NCBI GenBank assembly: GCA_051362555.1
Contig: CM120641.1
Location: forward strand, 19,592,001-19,656,000
Length of the DNA stretch: 64,000 nt
From: Lingula anatina
Taxonomy: Eukaryota; Animalia; Brachiopoda
Direction: 5' to 3'
Positions 47,508-59,900 of the stretch are shown here, piece by piece. Below the pieces are notes generated by a model, which saw nothing but the letters and a program-made list of their open reading frames with translations, searched no databases and was not told the DNA's origin. How positions within the stretch are numbered: position 1 is the stretch's first letter; the number at the start of each line of letters is the position of its first letter. Both the position numbers and the translations under genes were made by a program.

Positions 47508-50402
47508 TCATTTTCTTACATTAAATGAAGAGAACTCAGTTTTTTCTATTGTCCTTTCATTTTTAAATTCACTTCTTTCAATTTTTGACTTTGGGCTGCC
47601 TGTCTTCTGAAGCCATTCTTTCCTGTGGACAAACAAGATAAACACTTCTATACAAACAATGAAACCCGTAAGAAGATTTATTCATAAAATACAGTTAAAA
47701 TGAGGGAAATCTTATCAAAAAGTCAGTAGGCCAAACATTCATATCATCTATCATATGTGAAATGTGAAAAACATACGAAAGCTTCAATTATATTACAAAG
47801 ACAATGACATTGACTCCTATATGTTTGGGGTTGAAGGCCTAAAATGTCGCTGCATCATTTTTGATCTCCCACTTAAAACTGTAAAATTATATTTTAAATG
47901 AATCAAAATGCTGTTATTTGCAACATACTGCAGTTCTGTATATACTAGGAAGTTCCCAATAAAGTTTTCACAGCACTTTTCCCCAATCAGTGAAATGTTT
48001 TCCCAAACATACATGACTGTAAATAGTTTAATATGCCAGGAAAGATAACTTATTCAAATTTAATTGGCACAACATCCCGATACTTTACTCTTTTTTTAAT
48101 GTCAGTCTGGCGAGGAAAAAGTTTGGCAACTATGATGAAAATAATGTTGGCATTTTTTGCTTGCCTGGCGATATCATTCACTTGTCACTAATAATTGGAC
48201 AAGTCATATTGTAAACCCCTGTATATAAGAAACATGCTATTGGGGGGCATCGCAATTAGTTTTTTCTTGTCTATGTGTGAAAACAGGGGCTGGCTTTGCC
48301 ATTTGGAATTGAAAATGGTGGGAAGGAGGTAGTTCTCAATTTGCAATCTGCACAAAAAAGGATGCCATCTCAAACATTTTGTGCAACAAACTCACACATC
48401 AATATTCAGACCACACCATATGTGGTTGTTAGTCTTCACAATAAACTGGCCACTATCTGTTAGAATGATATACACCACAGCTGTATCTCAGACCTCTAGA
48501 TAGTGAAAAGGGTTTGATTTGAAGGCATATGTTATCAGATAGTTTTGTACAGAAATATATACAGGATTATCTGCAGAAGAGGGTGGGTTGAAGACACGAG
48601 TGTGTGCGAGTCAGTAAGACATAACAATGGGGGTGCAAGATACTTGTAGGTGACACACAGAGTGTACAAGCATGTTAGTTTTATACACAAATAACTATAG
48701 GATTATATACCTACATTTCTTTCACTTTGCTCTCTTTGCCCTGAACCTGGCCCTTCACAGTGTTTTGTGGAGTGTTCATCACCCAGCCCACCAGACCATA
48801 CTGTGTGGCAGTCTTCATAGTGTACTGAAACAAACAATGCATTTTTTATAGACTGAGGTTGAATTGAAAGCAGCAGGTGAGACATGAAAAATACAAAGTC
48901 AACCTTTCTTTAAAATAATAACATTTAATTTACATTTATTATATTAATAATAATCTTATAAAGATAAGATGTATAATATACTATAGATGTTGATTTATTT
49001 TAGGTCTTAAACAGATGCCAAAAATATATATTTCTATACATGTTCTAGTAGTCTGGGGAAAATCAAAATCCACCTGTAAATGTTACACTGTAGGGCAGAC
49101 ACTGATTGGCATGTTACGTTTTCTGTTAATGTACAACAATGCATTTCTAGAAGCTATTAAAAGAAGTCTTGGAGCTTTAAGTACACAGGAGTATAATTAG
49201 GGGAAAGTGTACAATTGGTGTTACTATACTTATGGAATGTGTTGAGGGTCTCCCTTTCAAAATCCATTTCTTAATCCTTTTTTGAATCTGTACAAGTACC
49301 TCTGTTTTGACAAAGGACCCAGTAAAAAAAATTCACAACCTCTTTCTTCTGTTTTGAATTCTTTTAAGTACACTTAGTATATTTATTACATGCCCAGATT
49401 AAGTATACTAGTTTACAACAGAAAAAAATCATGAAGTATATTAGTGATTGCATTTATGGAGGAGAAAAGCACAAAATGTGATAAAGCAATGGTCTTTGTC
49501 TGATGAGTAGATTTGACCATTCTTGGAATGACCAATATGTTAATAAATTTAAGTTGGGATTTTTCTTGTGAGTGGTAAGTTAGATCATATACCCAAGTAC
49601 TTATTGATTATTCCAACATGAAATGTACACCCATGCTTGTTTCTCATATAACATACAGTAACTACATGTATACCATCTTCCTGCTTCTTTTATACACACC
49701 TTACGGAAGAATACACCTGTAAAAAGGAAATCATCATTTAAGATGGATGTTATAGACAGATATTTTCTCTTTGGAAAGCATGTTTCTATCAATTACTTGT
49801 ATATACAGGGTGGTCCATAAAGAACAATCTATTTTAAATTGAGATGGAAAGTAAAATATGGACCAACCAGTACATGAAAAATAATTTTATTGCCATACAG
49901 ATCGATATTCGAACTTCTGCTCATAATTCAAATTACTACAACCCACGGTACAGAAACATCTGCATTTTCCTTTTAAACTCTATCCACTTGTAGCGATTTG
50001 GGGTGAGTGCAGAAAAATCACCGACCAGACCAGGAATCGAACCCGGGACCCCTCGCTTACAGGGCGAGTGCTCTTACCTACTGAGCTACCCGGCCGGTTC
50101 TACCTGCCCCTGGCACTACACTCCTCCCCCCCAAATGCCGAAAGACGCGAGCCCTATCTCGCAACACCGCTGCCACCATTGTAGCGATTTGGGGTGAGTG
50201 CAGAAAAATCACCAGCCAGACCAGGAATCGAACCCGGGACCCCTCGCTTACAGGGCGAGTGCTCTTACCTACTGAGCTACCCGGCCGGTTCTACCTGCCC
50301 CTGGCACTACACACTTGCGTTTCAAAAAAATTCCACTTTAATTGTTAATCTACCTTGGACTCTGCCAAACACTTCAAAATCTACCGAAATCAGCCTGCTC
50401 AT
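47508..50402 (-). CDS. ACYP: Acylphosphatase, isoform using the proximal last exon
   Basis: Exons 50402-50354, 49716-49700 (17 nt), 48824-48715 and 47622-47508 give [51 protein letters not shown]...MKEWLQKTGSPKSKIERSEFKNERTIEKTEFSSFNVRK*. Signatures GRVQGVFFR and GWVxN. Confidence 0.95.
49989..50311 (-). mobile_element. Miniature LTR retrotransposon (TRIM) with tRNA-derived LTRs (Helenus-type), 323 bp
   Basis: Two 132-bp LTRs (49989-50120 and 50180-50311) with TGTAG...CTACA ends, differing at 2 nt; TSD CACT. PBS TGGTGGCAGCGGTG (50178-50165), PPT GGGGGGGAGGAG (50132-50121). Confidence 0.92.
50022..50095 (-). pseudogene. tRNA-like sequence inside the 3' LTR (anticodon position TGT, Thr-like; non-canonical C33)
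   Basis: GGCCGGG-TAGCTCAGTAGGTAAGAGC-A-CTCGC-CCTGTAA-GCGAG-GGGTC-CCGGGTTCGATTCCTGG-TCTGGTC. A-box and B-box intact. Second copy at 50213-50286. Confidence 0.75.
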
Positions 50403-50999
50403 ATTGTCACAGGTATCAGTATCAGAATTGCAAGTTTCCTCAGAGTTCTCAGCAACGCTCGACACAAAAGGCTCTCTTAAACTCTTAGACTGAAAATTAG
50501 CTGATGTTGTCTCCTCACAAGATATACTGACAAGTTCGTATATCAGTATGAAACATAAAATAAATCTTGCGGTTCTACATAACACTGAGTAACAACCCTC
50601 CACACACACATACATCAAAGGGCTGTTGTCGTATTCGGCGATCGACAAATAGTAATAAAACCATTGGATGACCGAATATCTTTTAGTCCAATCAACTGTT
50701 TATAAAAACGATGTAGGGACTTTCTGTCGGTCGTACTTGTACTGACTACTTTATCTTGCTTTGAATCTGCTACCCTAACGTGTCTGGCTATAAAATATTT
50801 TTCGTCGAAATTCCAGTTACATAACGTAATTTGCAAGTATGCAAATATGATCTTGATTTTATCTGATGTTGAAGAATAGCAGTGCTCCTCAGTGCCCCCT
50901 ATCGGTCTTGCAGTGAAATTACAAATCATGGCCACCACGGGATAAGCAGAGTCATGCATTTCGTCAGTCAAATCTAGAGTTTGCACTTATTGCTTAAAG

Positions 51000-53900
51000 A
51001 TGGACGAATGGGAAGAGAGACTGGGGTTTAAACCCCAACGAGAGGATGTCTACAATAAGTTACTGCCGTACGCTGAAGGACTTGACCAAGAGTCAGTTGA
51101 ACAACTCGCGGAAATCAAAACCCATCTGAGCCGCAGCATCCAGCTGTGTGATGTGAAAGTTGGTGTAGTACACTGGGTTAGCCAACTGACCAAGTGAGTT
51201 GAAAATCCGAATGTTATTATTATAGTTTATTTGGCTATATACAGTTTATTTCTGTTAATTCATAGGTTAATTGATTCATTTGGTCAGTGAGAAGTTATTA
51301 GTTATGTAACTGTAACTTAAAATTACATTTAGTTGTCATTAGTGCAGAAATTTTCAACTTTGTTCATCTCACTTTTGAAGTTAGTATACATTGTTGTGAA
51401 GTTCAAATGTGCCTTTTCAAGTATGCACTCAAACATGGGATTTCTGTTTTTATTTGAAAAACCAGTTAGACATAATGCACTGTAAAGCATGTAACGTATG
51501 TGTCCTAATATGTAATATTATTACTATATCCCACTTTCATTGCTTGGAAAGTATTTTCTTTACAATGGTAGTGCTAGTGCCATTGAAGCCTGATAAATAT
51601 TTTAAAATGTTTTTTTTTTTACAACTTATCATTTTTATTTATTGATCCCCCCCCACCCCCCAAATAAACTAGTATCCCAACCACTGATTATATCTTTTGG
51701 TTTTTCTTTGAAATATAAGCGGATTTTACATTTTCATTTTCTTCTTATCTTGCTTATCTAGATTTTATCTTTTCCATGCTTATACTGATATATAATGATA
51801 TATATTTAATTTATTGGCATTGCTGACTCACTTGTAATGATGAAGCATATTTTGATGAGCAAAATATGTCAGCCCAAATTCCCCCTGATTAATGGAAATA
51901 AATACCTTTATCTGAAATAAGAATAAACGGGATTGTTTGTTCACAAGTTTTTTCTTAAATGGAGCATTAATAGATTAAAAAGGTAACAGTATGTTTAGTT
52001 TATTCTGATTTATGCAGTGTCATGTTGCTGCAGCTGTTAATGTAACATGTTTACTGTTGAATTATTCCAGAACATAATTGTTTTTCAATACATGTTATCA
52101 CTTTTCCAGATACATAAGATGCCACGGTTTAAAGTTTTCCAAGGAGGACCACATATGCTTCGTGAAGATTCTATTTGAGATGATTACAATACCAGATCTT
52201 GAGTTGTCATTAGTGCAGAAATTTTCAACTTTGTTCATCTCACTTTTGAAGTTAGTATACATTGTTGTGAAGTTCAAATGTGCCTTTTCAAGTATGCACT
52301 CAAACATGGGATTTCTGTTTTTATTTGAAAAACCAGTTATACATAATGCACTGTAAAGCATGTAATATTGTCAAAGAGGATGTATAAGAGAATCGTTATT
52401 ACTTGCCATTCAATGAGATTGAGCATAATCATAAACTATATAGATTCATGAAAAGATAGTGTTTTTCTTTGGCGTGTGATTATTAATGCATAGCTGATTT
52501 TTTAAAAATACTTGTACGTATATTCATTTTGCCCTGTTACTATTACTGGTGAAGCTGGTATCTTAAAGAGACATTAGTACAACCTATGGAATTGTTATGT
52601 AGGAAAAAGGAGTTGCTGTCCAGAGAAGATTTGGAATTACCTTGGAAACCTCTCTATAAACTGGCAGAGGAAGTGTTTTATTCTACATATGAGCCTCATG
52701 GTCTGGCTCTGTTTCCTCCGTAAGTTGGATGTTAGAGTTAAAATTTCTTGTAATAATTCTAAATAATTAAAAATTGGATTGCATTTCAGGTTTATCTGAA
52801 AATGATTGTGGCTTAAAATCATTTAGGTGATCAATAAACATAAGTTATATTCACACTGTATCTTGCATTATTGACACTAATCAAATGTTCTTATTTTATA
52901 GGACCATTGAATCACACATCAAAAGTGTTGTTAGGATGGCTCGGCCGTAAGTATTTTCTCAATTTATATCTAGAAAGATTTGTTACACTAAGTGTTGTAA
53001 CAGAATGATCAGAGAACACCTGAAATGATTTTCTTTTTAATCAGAGAAACTTTCCTGCACGATATAGATAGACCATGTTTATACTGTAGGTTAATACAAA
53101 ATATCCTTAGTAAATGTACAGTGATATTGATTTTATGCAAAAGATAAGGTCCCTTTTCTCATTATTATCTGTCCTTCTCAGGTATTTTTCTGTGGAATCG
53201 ACACAAGAAATGTTAGAGGAGTGGCGCCCTTTAATGTGTCCATTTGACACTACCATGGGGAAGGCAATGAAATATTTTGAGTTGTTTCTACCAACCATGC
53301 TGCCCCCAGAGCACCATGACAAAGGCTTCAGGTATTATTTTACACATATATGCTCAAAACCAGACATACCTGAATACAGTTCATTATAAGATCATTAATG
53401 TTTCAGTCCTAGATGTGTGTTAATCCTCTTCAAGTAGCAGTGAAGTAAGGTATTACACCATCATGGCTATCTACATTTCCGTAACAAAGCATTAGTCTGA
53501 CAATGTGCTTGAAATTGTATCACCAGAGTGCATAATTACCTTGTCATTTCAGGCTGTGGTTTGAAGAATTCATGAATTTATATGACTCTGCTCATAATTC
53601 CCCATCATGGGAAGCAGTAAGTAATGTTATCTAGTGAACAGTACTTTTAATGCACTTTGAATATTATAAATGGTTACGTATATTGTAGAAGTTATTCACT
53701 ATATATATATATATATATTGAATTGATACATACAGAGCTAATGAAACTGTTCTCTCTCATAATTCCTTTGTTTCAGAATTTGGTTGTGCTGTTTGCCAGA
53801 CTAGCCATTCATAACACTGGATATGTAGACTGGAACCCATACTTGCCCAAGGTTAGTGATGGTTGGTGATTTGGCTAGCTGGTTTAAAAAATGTGCAAAT

Positions 53901-56900
53901 CATCTTAAGATATTTTTTGGCTTAAACCTGTTGCAATATTTTTGATCTACTGAAACCATAGTTCCTATAGTTCAGAATTGTTGTGATTAAGACTAAACAT
54001 TTTTTGTTGGAAAAGTTTAGATTGACTTCAATTTCATTTGTCTTGGTGTTTTTTGATCTCGTGTTTTTACTTGCTTTTAGATAATGACCCGCTTTCTGCG
54101 TAGCTTTGATCTGAATGTTGGTACAGCTGCAGTTCAGGCCAGTAGACCCCACAATCACTATGACCTGTCAGTTGTCACAATCTGGATATCATATCTAATG
54201 GTAGGTACATGTCGCTGTGAAACTTTTTTTAAACATCAGTATAGGTTTTTGTAGCAAGAACAACTTAATTGTTTATAAATACATATGCTTTTTGTTGGGA
54301 CTAATTGCCTATCAAAAGGGCATATGAAGTGTCTCGGGAGATAATTAAATTTTTTCAAGAGTGGATGAAAAACCTATTTTACAAACAGTTTATTTGTTTT
54401 GCACATTGAGTGACAGACTAAAAGATTTTAATCTACTTGGGTGATTTAGTGTAATTTTTATATAAAATTATGATTTCTTAATGATTCTGAAGAATACGTG
54501 TAATATTTATATAAAATTATGATTTCTTAATGATTCTGAAGAATACTCTTCTTGTGTCATATTTTTAATTAACAATTTTGCCATGGTATTTAGGGAGGTG
54601 ACAGTACTGTACAGGATCATCTAGAGAAGTTGTTTAGAGCCATCGAGACCTTCTATCATCCCTCTAACCATGGGAAGTGGACAGTGAGTAGCAAGTGACA
54701 GGACTTATTACAAAATAAAACAGTGTGTGCCACTTGGGTTTCATTGCCCGAAGAATGCCCTTCTTTGGTTCTGATAATTTTGTTATAATGGATCTTAAGA
54801 TTTTTCTTTTTGATATTTTTTGTGTTTTAAAGAGGCATACAATGTATGCAAGTCTTTTATGTTGCAAAAAAAAAATTTTATTGGAAATTTTGGCTGTTTT
54901 ATCTTTATCACCAAGATATACCTTATCCAAAACTGTTGAGAAAATCATTATCTATAAACCCCATTTGCAAACTCTAAAGTTTTGAGTTAATTTTTTGCTA
55001 TATTAACATCTAGGGTTCATTATGTGTTTAAGTAATAATCTGGTTTTAAGGTTTGCTAAATTGTGATTTACTCTTGCAGCTGAAGCTGATGTCATTTCTG
55101 TCTAAACTTCCACTGGCAGTGGTGAAGAGGGTGCATAGGTAAGGTATACATGGCCAAGTGCAAAGTGCAAGAAAGGTTGATAAGGTTGAATCAGTACTTG
55201 TGTGCTAGGTAATGATAAAGAGAAAAATACAAGTGAGTATGGGATTTCAGTAATAGATCGTTGTCAGTCTGTGTGTTTATTACATATAAAAATGATTTAA
55301 TCTCTCTGCAGGGAGAGGCACAAGAAGCCATCTTGGGAGCCACTGGCACTTGAGTCCCACCGACTGACAGATGAACAGATCACCAGATTTGTCAAGAGTA
55401 TGAAGGATATAGTGTTCCTGGCAATGTTCAGTAAATATGGGAGCTCTGACTCAGCTGCTGCCATGCACAATCTTGCTCTTCTAAGACCAGAACTCATTAT
55501 ACCTTCTTTGTTGGAGCAGTAAGTTGATCCCCTATCATAAGATCTATTTTGATATTTTTTATTTCATTAATGCTATGAGATATTGACCATAGGACATTTT
55601 TCATCAAGGATAATATATCAAGTATGGCCTATAGTTTAAAAAGTTGTTAGCGGTTTATGGTGGCCAAGCATGTCTGTTCATAGGATACTTGTGGGTTCGA
55701 CTTTAACAGTTCAAACATACCAAAAAATATTAATGTTAATAATGACATCTTTAATATTTCCAGGTTATATCCATCTTTAGAAACACTGACAGAGCCCCAC
55801 CGCCTGACTGCATGTATGAACTGTTTGAATGCAGTGGCCCGCTCCATGCTGTCCAATACCAAGTGGTACCCTGACGGCAGGAACCACTTGTTGCCCATCC
55901 TGAATCTCAGTCTGCCAGGCATTGACCCTAATGATTTCAAGAAAAGTCTGGTAAGATCACAGACCATGAGTGTGTACTGGTAACTGAAAACAACTAAATA
56001 AGTTTTTAAGATAAGATATAGAAGCTTTAATATTTGAGATTGTAGACATGTGCTAAAAAGAATGTTAAAAAGTTACAGAGAAAAACATTTTTACTTTGCA
56101 TTTTTTTTTTTTTTTTTGCAGGTGACTTTTCAACTTCTTTCTACATTTACTGCAATGGTTCCCTTTGTGGACTGCTCAGGGGCTTCACAGCAAAGACAGG
56201 ATTTAGATGAGGTAGGAAAAAGATATTGCAGATTTGTATTTTCAGCCAGGATTTCTAGAGGGAGAATAATTGGCATCGTATAGTAATTTGCTCTAATTTC
56301 AAAGTTATTTTTTGTCAGTTGCAGTTGTGACAAGAAAGAGGTTTTTGGCATATAGAAGGGAGGTTGTGTGTTTTCAAAATCTTTCCATATATCTACTCTG
56401 TGTCAGGTGTCTATCAGAGTATTTTATTTTGACATTATACTTTCATGACTTTGAATCTTTTTACTGTTTTAGAATGAAATGGAGCTTTGCTCTGCCACTG
56501 CCCAGTTTGAAGATGTGGTACTACAGTTCTTAGACAGGTGATAAAAGCAGAAACATATCAAGTAAAAAGCACAATGATGTGAAGGCTTTTGATAGTTTTC
56601 TGAATGTTCGTGTGTGTAATTTCAAATATTATACTTTAAAGTGAGAATCCTGTTCTGATAACATTTTCAATTGTTTAACAAGCCTTTGGAAAACACTTCT
56701 GTTTTTAATTTTAGGGCCTTTGCAGTGATTGAGATGAACACTACAGAGGTCAGCAGTTCCAGGACTGGGAGTTTGTCAGAAGTGCGCCTGAATCCCCAGG
56801 AACTGATGATCAAAGTTGGCATGTTTTCTACTGTCAATGCAGTGTTTCAACAGTGCTCAGGGCCAATATTTGATGTAAGTTCATCTCCCTACGTGGAAAA

Positions 56901-59900
56901 AGTACCCTAGGTTCTAGATTCCGGTATTGCCAGCTCGATCTTGATTTCATATATAACCCATAGTAGCAATACCAGGCTCTAGCGAACAGTGGCAACTCGG
57001 GGGGGCGTTCTTCTTCAAAATTCTGCCTGGGGCGCTTCCATATTTGGAAGTCACACGTCACAGCTGTGTCCGCCTGGATCCATATTTGGAAGTCATAAGT
57101 CTCGTACGTCACAGGTTTGGCCGCCTGGAGCTGCCTTTCCCGCCTTGCGCTAAAGTCTCGTGCAGGCGAGACAAGAAGCAATTAAAGTGCCTGACGCGGA
57201 GTTAGAAGTTTGAATTGTAAATATCTTGCAGTCGAAGGTCAGTGCCACAATACAAGCAACATTCTGCTGTAAAAACTTATTTTCGTGTAGCCATTGCGCA
57301 GCCCTTATAGTGGTATCGGGCATACATTGTAGCTGTCAAATTTGGCACACAACAAGCACATGTATTGTGCACGTGTATATCTCAGGACTAAATGTTCTTT
57401 GATAAGCAAAAAATACAAAAACATTGGATATATCTTTTCTTTCCGAAGAATATTATTTATTTTTTCATTTTACATCTTAAATACAGCAAATAAAATTAAA
57501 TAAAGCAGAATTAAATTTGTTTTACGTTTTATTTTGGTCTGATGACATTCAACTGCATTTTCACTGCGGAGCAGTTCTATTTGATTGATGGAAAACTTTC
57601 ATGGCCGCTGGTCTTCAGAGTTAGTAAAAGCGACTCCGCCACAAGGTATATTTAGCAAGCTAGCTTTTACGTTGCTCTGACACTCAGGGTAGGAAAAAGA
57701 GTTCTGTATGAAGATTTGTATATGCAGAAACATCTTACATCTCTTAAGGGATCTGTTATGTAAATGATTTCAGCTTGCAAAATATGTTGATGTCCTGTTT
57801 TATTTTTGTTACAGTCAGTTCTCCATAAGCTGTTCAATTATGTGAGCTCTAGTCTGTGTGAGATCCGTTTGGCTGGGAGATTTGTTGCAGACTTGATAAG
57901 ATCAGCAGCTAGGGTGAGTGGAAGGTCTTCCATGTTTTATCATGGACAAATTGTTTAAGAATATGCCGCCAAATTTATGATTTTTGTCAAAAAAATCTGT
58001 TTTGACATGAATGTTATTATGTAGAAAAGATACAAATGTTAGAAATACATATTTAAGAACTTGAATTTAAAGTGATTGAATTTATAAAGAACTCTGGTCT
58101 GAAAAAGAAATCAAATATTTTGTGTACACAAAGGTTAGTTTTGGAAGTGTTTTATATTTACAGGCAAGTCCAGTGAAGACTTTGAAGAAGTTTGTGCCCT
58201 TTTTCTGTAGGAACATCAAGGAGCTAACAGAGAGTAAGTCAAAAGCAAACTTTATAGTAAAATATTAATCAAATGAGGTATTTAGAGCTAAAAATTTTAA
58301 TCATTACTTAGCTAAAATTTTAGATTATTGAAAATCATAATGAGAAGCTGAAACTCCTTTCTTGTGACATGTTAAGCTTGTATAACTTGACTAACTCATG
58401 TTTCTTAAAATTAATTCTAGGTGATGATGTTCAGAAAGAAGAGCATTTAGATGACTCTTTGCTCTTTAATCTGCAATTATTATCAGAGGTATCAATTTTT
58501 AGATAATTTGTTCCTTTTAGAATTCAGCACTTCACAACTAAGATGTTTCACTATCCTTTATTGAAATAATTATAAGCTATAAGGTTGCTAGTTTAGACAA
58601 GTCCCTCATTTTCATCCCTTGAATTTTAATGGTGATATTATTTGCCAATAAAAAGTACCATTTTTATATGTTTATGAATTTTTAATAAAACTTGACCATG
58701 TTAAAAAAAAACATTCCAGGTTGTTCGGTGCGATGGAAAAGCTTTTTTACCATTTAAAGAAGATCTTCTACACATACTGAAGAAAAGTCTTCACTTGACG
58801 TCTAAACCTGGCTATGAATTGGCCAGAAATCTGTTGACCCACCTCTTGAAAGCACTGACCCTCATTTACACTGTGGACTACAGAAGTGTGACAAAAGATT
58901 GGGATGCTCCTCTGGCTGAATATTTGCCTATTAGGGTAATGATAACATGTAATTGATTTGGAAGTAAGCTTGAGAGAGAGAGATTAAAACAGACAAATTT
59001 GATTCAGTTTTCAGAATAAAAAACTATTACCTTCATTACCAGACTTTGTGCCAACCATCATTGCACCTAAGATTCCCTAAATAAAACAGGTTGATACATT
59101 CACATTCACATAGTGTGAAAAGACAGAAAAAAAGGAGAGAGAAAGAAAAACTTTTATCCCAATTTCAGGATTGGGCCAAACCTGGTGATCTTGACAACAT
59201 GGGAGTGGAATGGCATGTCCCCTCTGAGGAGGAAATGGAGTTTGCCAAGCAACTACTGGAAGACTGTCTACTTCCAGAGCTACACAAACTGGAGCAGTTC
59301 TGTAATGGACAGAAAATGGACAGGTATGAATCATAAAAAATGTGTAATATTGAATAGTGAAAAATATTAAGTTTTGATGTAGGATTCTGTTTTAACTGAA
59401 CAGGTAGGGGAAAATCTACCCTTTGATAATTCTAGATAATAAACCATGTGCACTAGAACTGGTGAAAAAGTTTACAATGTACAATTTTTATTTAATTTGA
59501 CTTCGAAGTTCTTGTCATAACAGAAATATGATTGCAATTGTTGCAGTAAGTGTTATGTGTTTTTCAGGCAAGAAGTGATTTGCAGTCTTGGAATTGTTCA
59601 AGAGACTATATCTGGTGCTGGAAGTGTGTTTTCTCCTCTTTTAGGAGAACCCATTCAGCTGTAAGTATGGACTTGAAACTGAAAATCCTAAAAAAATATG
59701 TATTGAATTGCATTTCATTAGCTGATGTTTTCCACTTTATTTTTGACAATTATTAAATAATTGGGTTGAAATGTTTTGACGGCATTTCACTTTTTCAGAA
59801 CATAAAGCTGTGGCTGGTACAATGATTTATGTATTTAAATTAAGAAAAATTGAGAAGTATCAACAGATTTAATATTAAAAAAAGTTTTAATTTTGGAAGA

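Noticed and set aside
48396-48456. Possible additional ACYP cassette exon (AG...GTGAGT)
   Set aside because: No similarity to acylphosphatase and an immediate in-frame stop. Cannot be supported without transcripts.
49989-50311. Two functional tRNA genes in tandem
   Set aside because: The repeats extend beyond the cloverleaf, end in TG...CA, flank a PBS and PPT and have a 4-bp TSD. The anticodon loop also has C33 instead of U33. They are LTRs.
50615-50986. 123-aa minus-strand ORF in the ACYP/PSME4 intergenic region
   Set aside because: Spans the presumed bidirectional promoter, has no recognisable domain and uses a non-ATG start in the ORF track.
51833-51892. Box C/D snoRNA candidate (ATGATGA...CTGA) in PSME4 intron 1
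   Set aside because: Only about 55 nt, a 3-bp terminal stem and no rRNA complementarity that I could recognise. Such motifs are frequent in AT-rich DNA.
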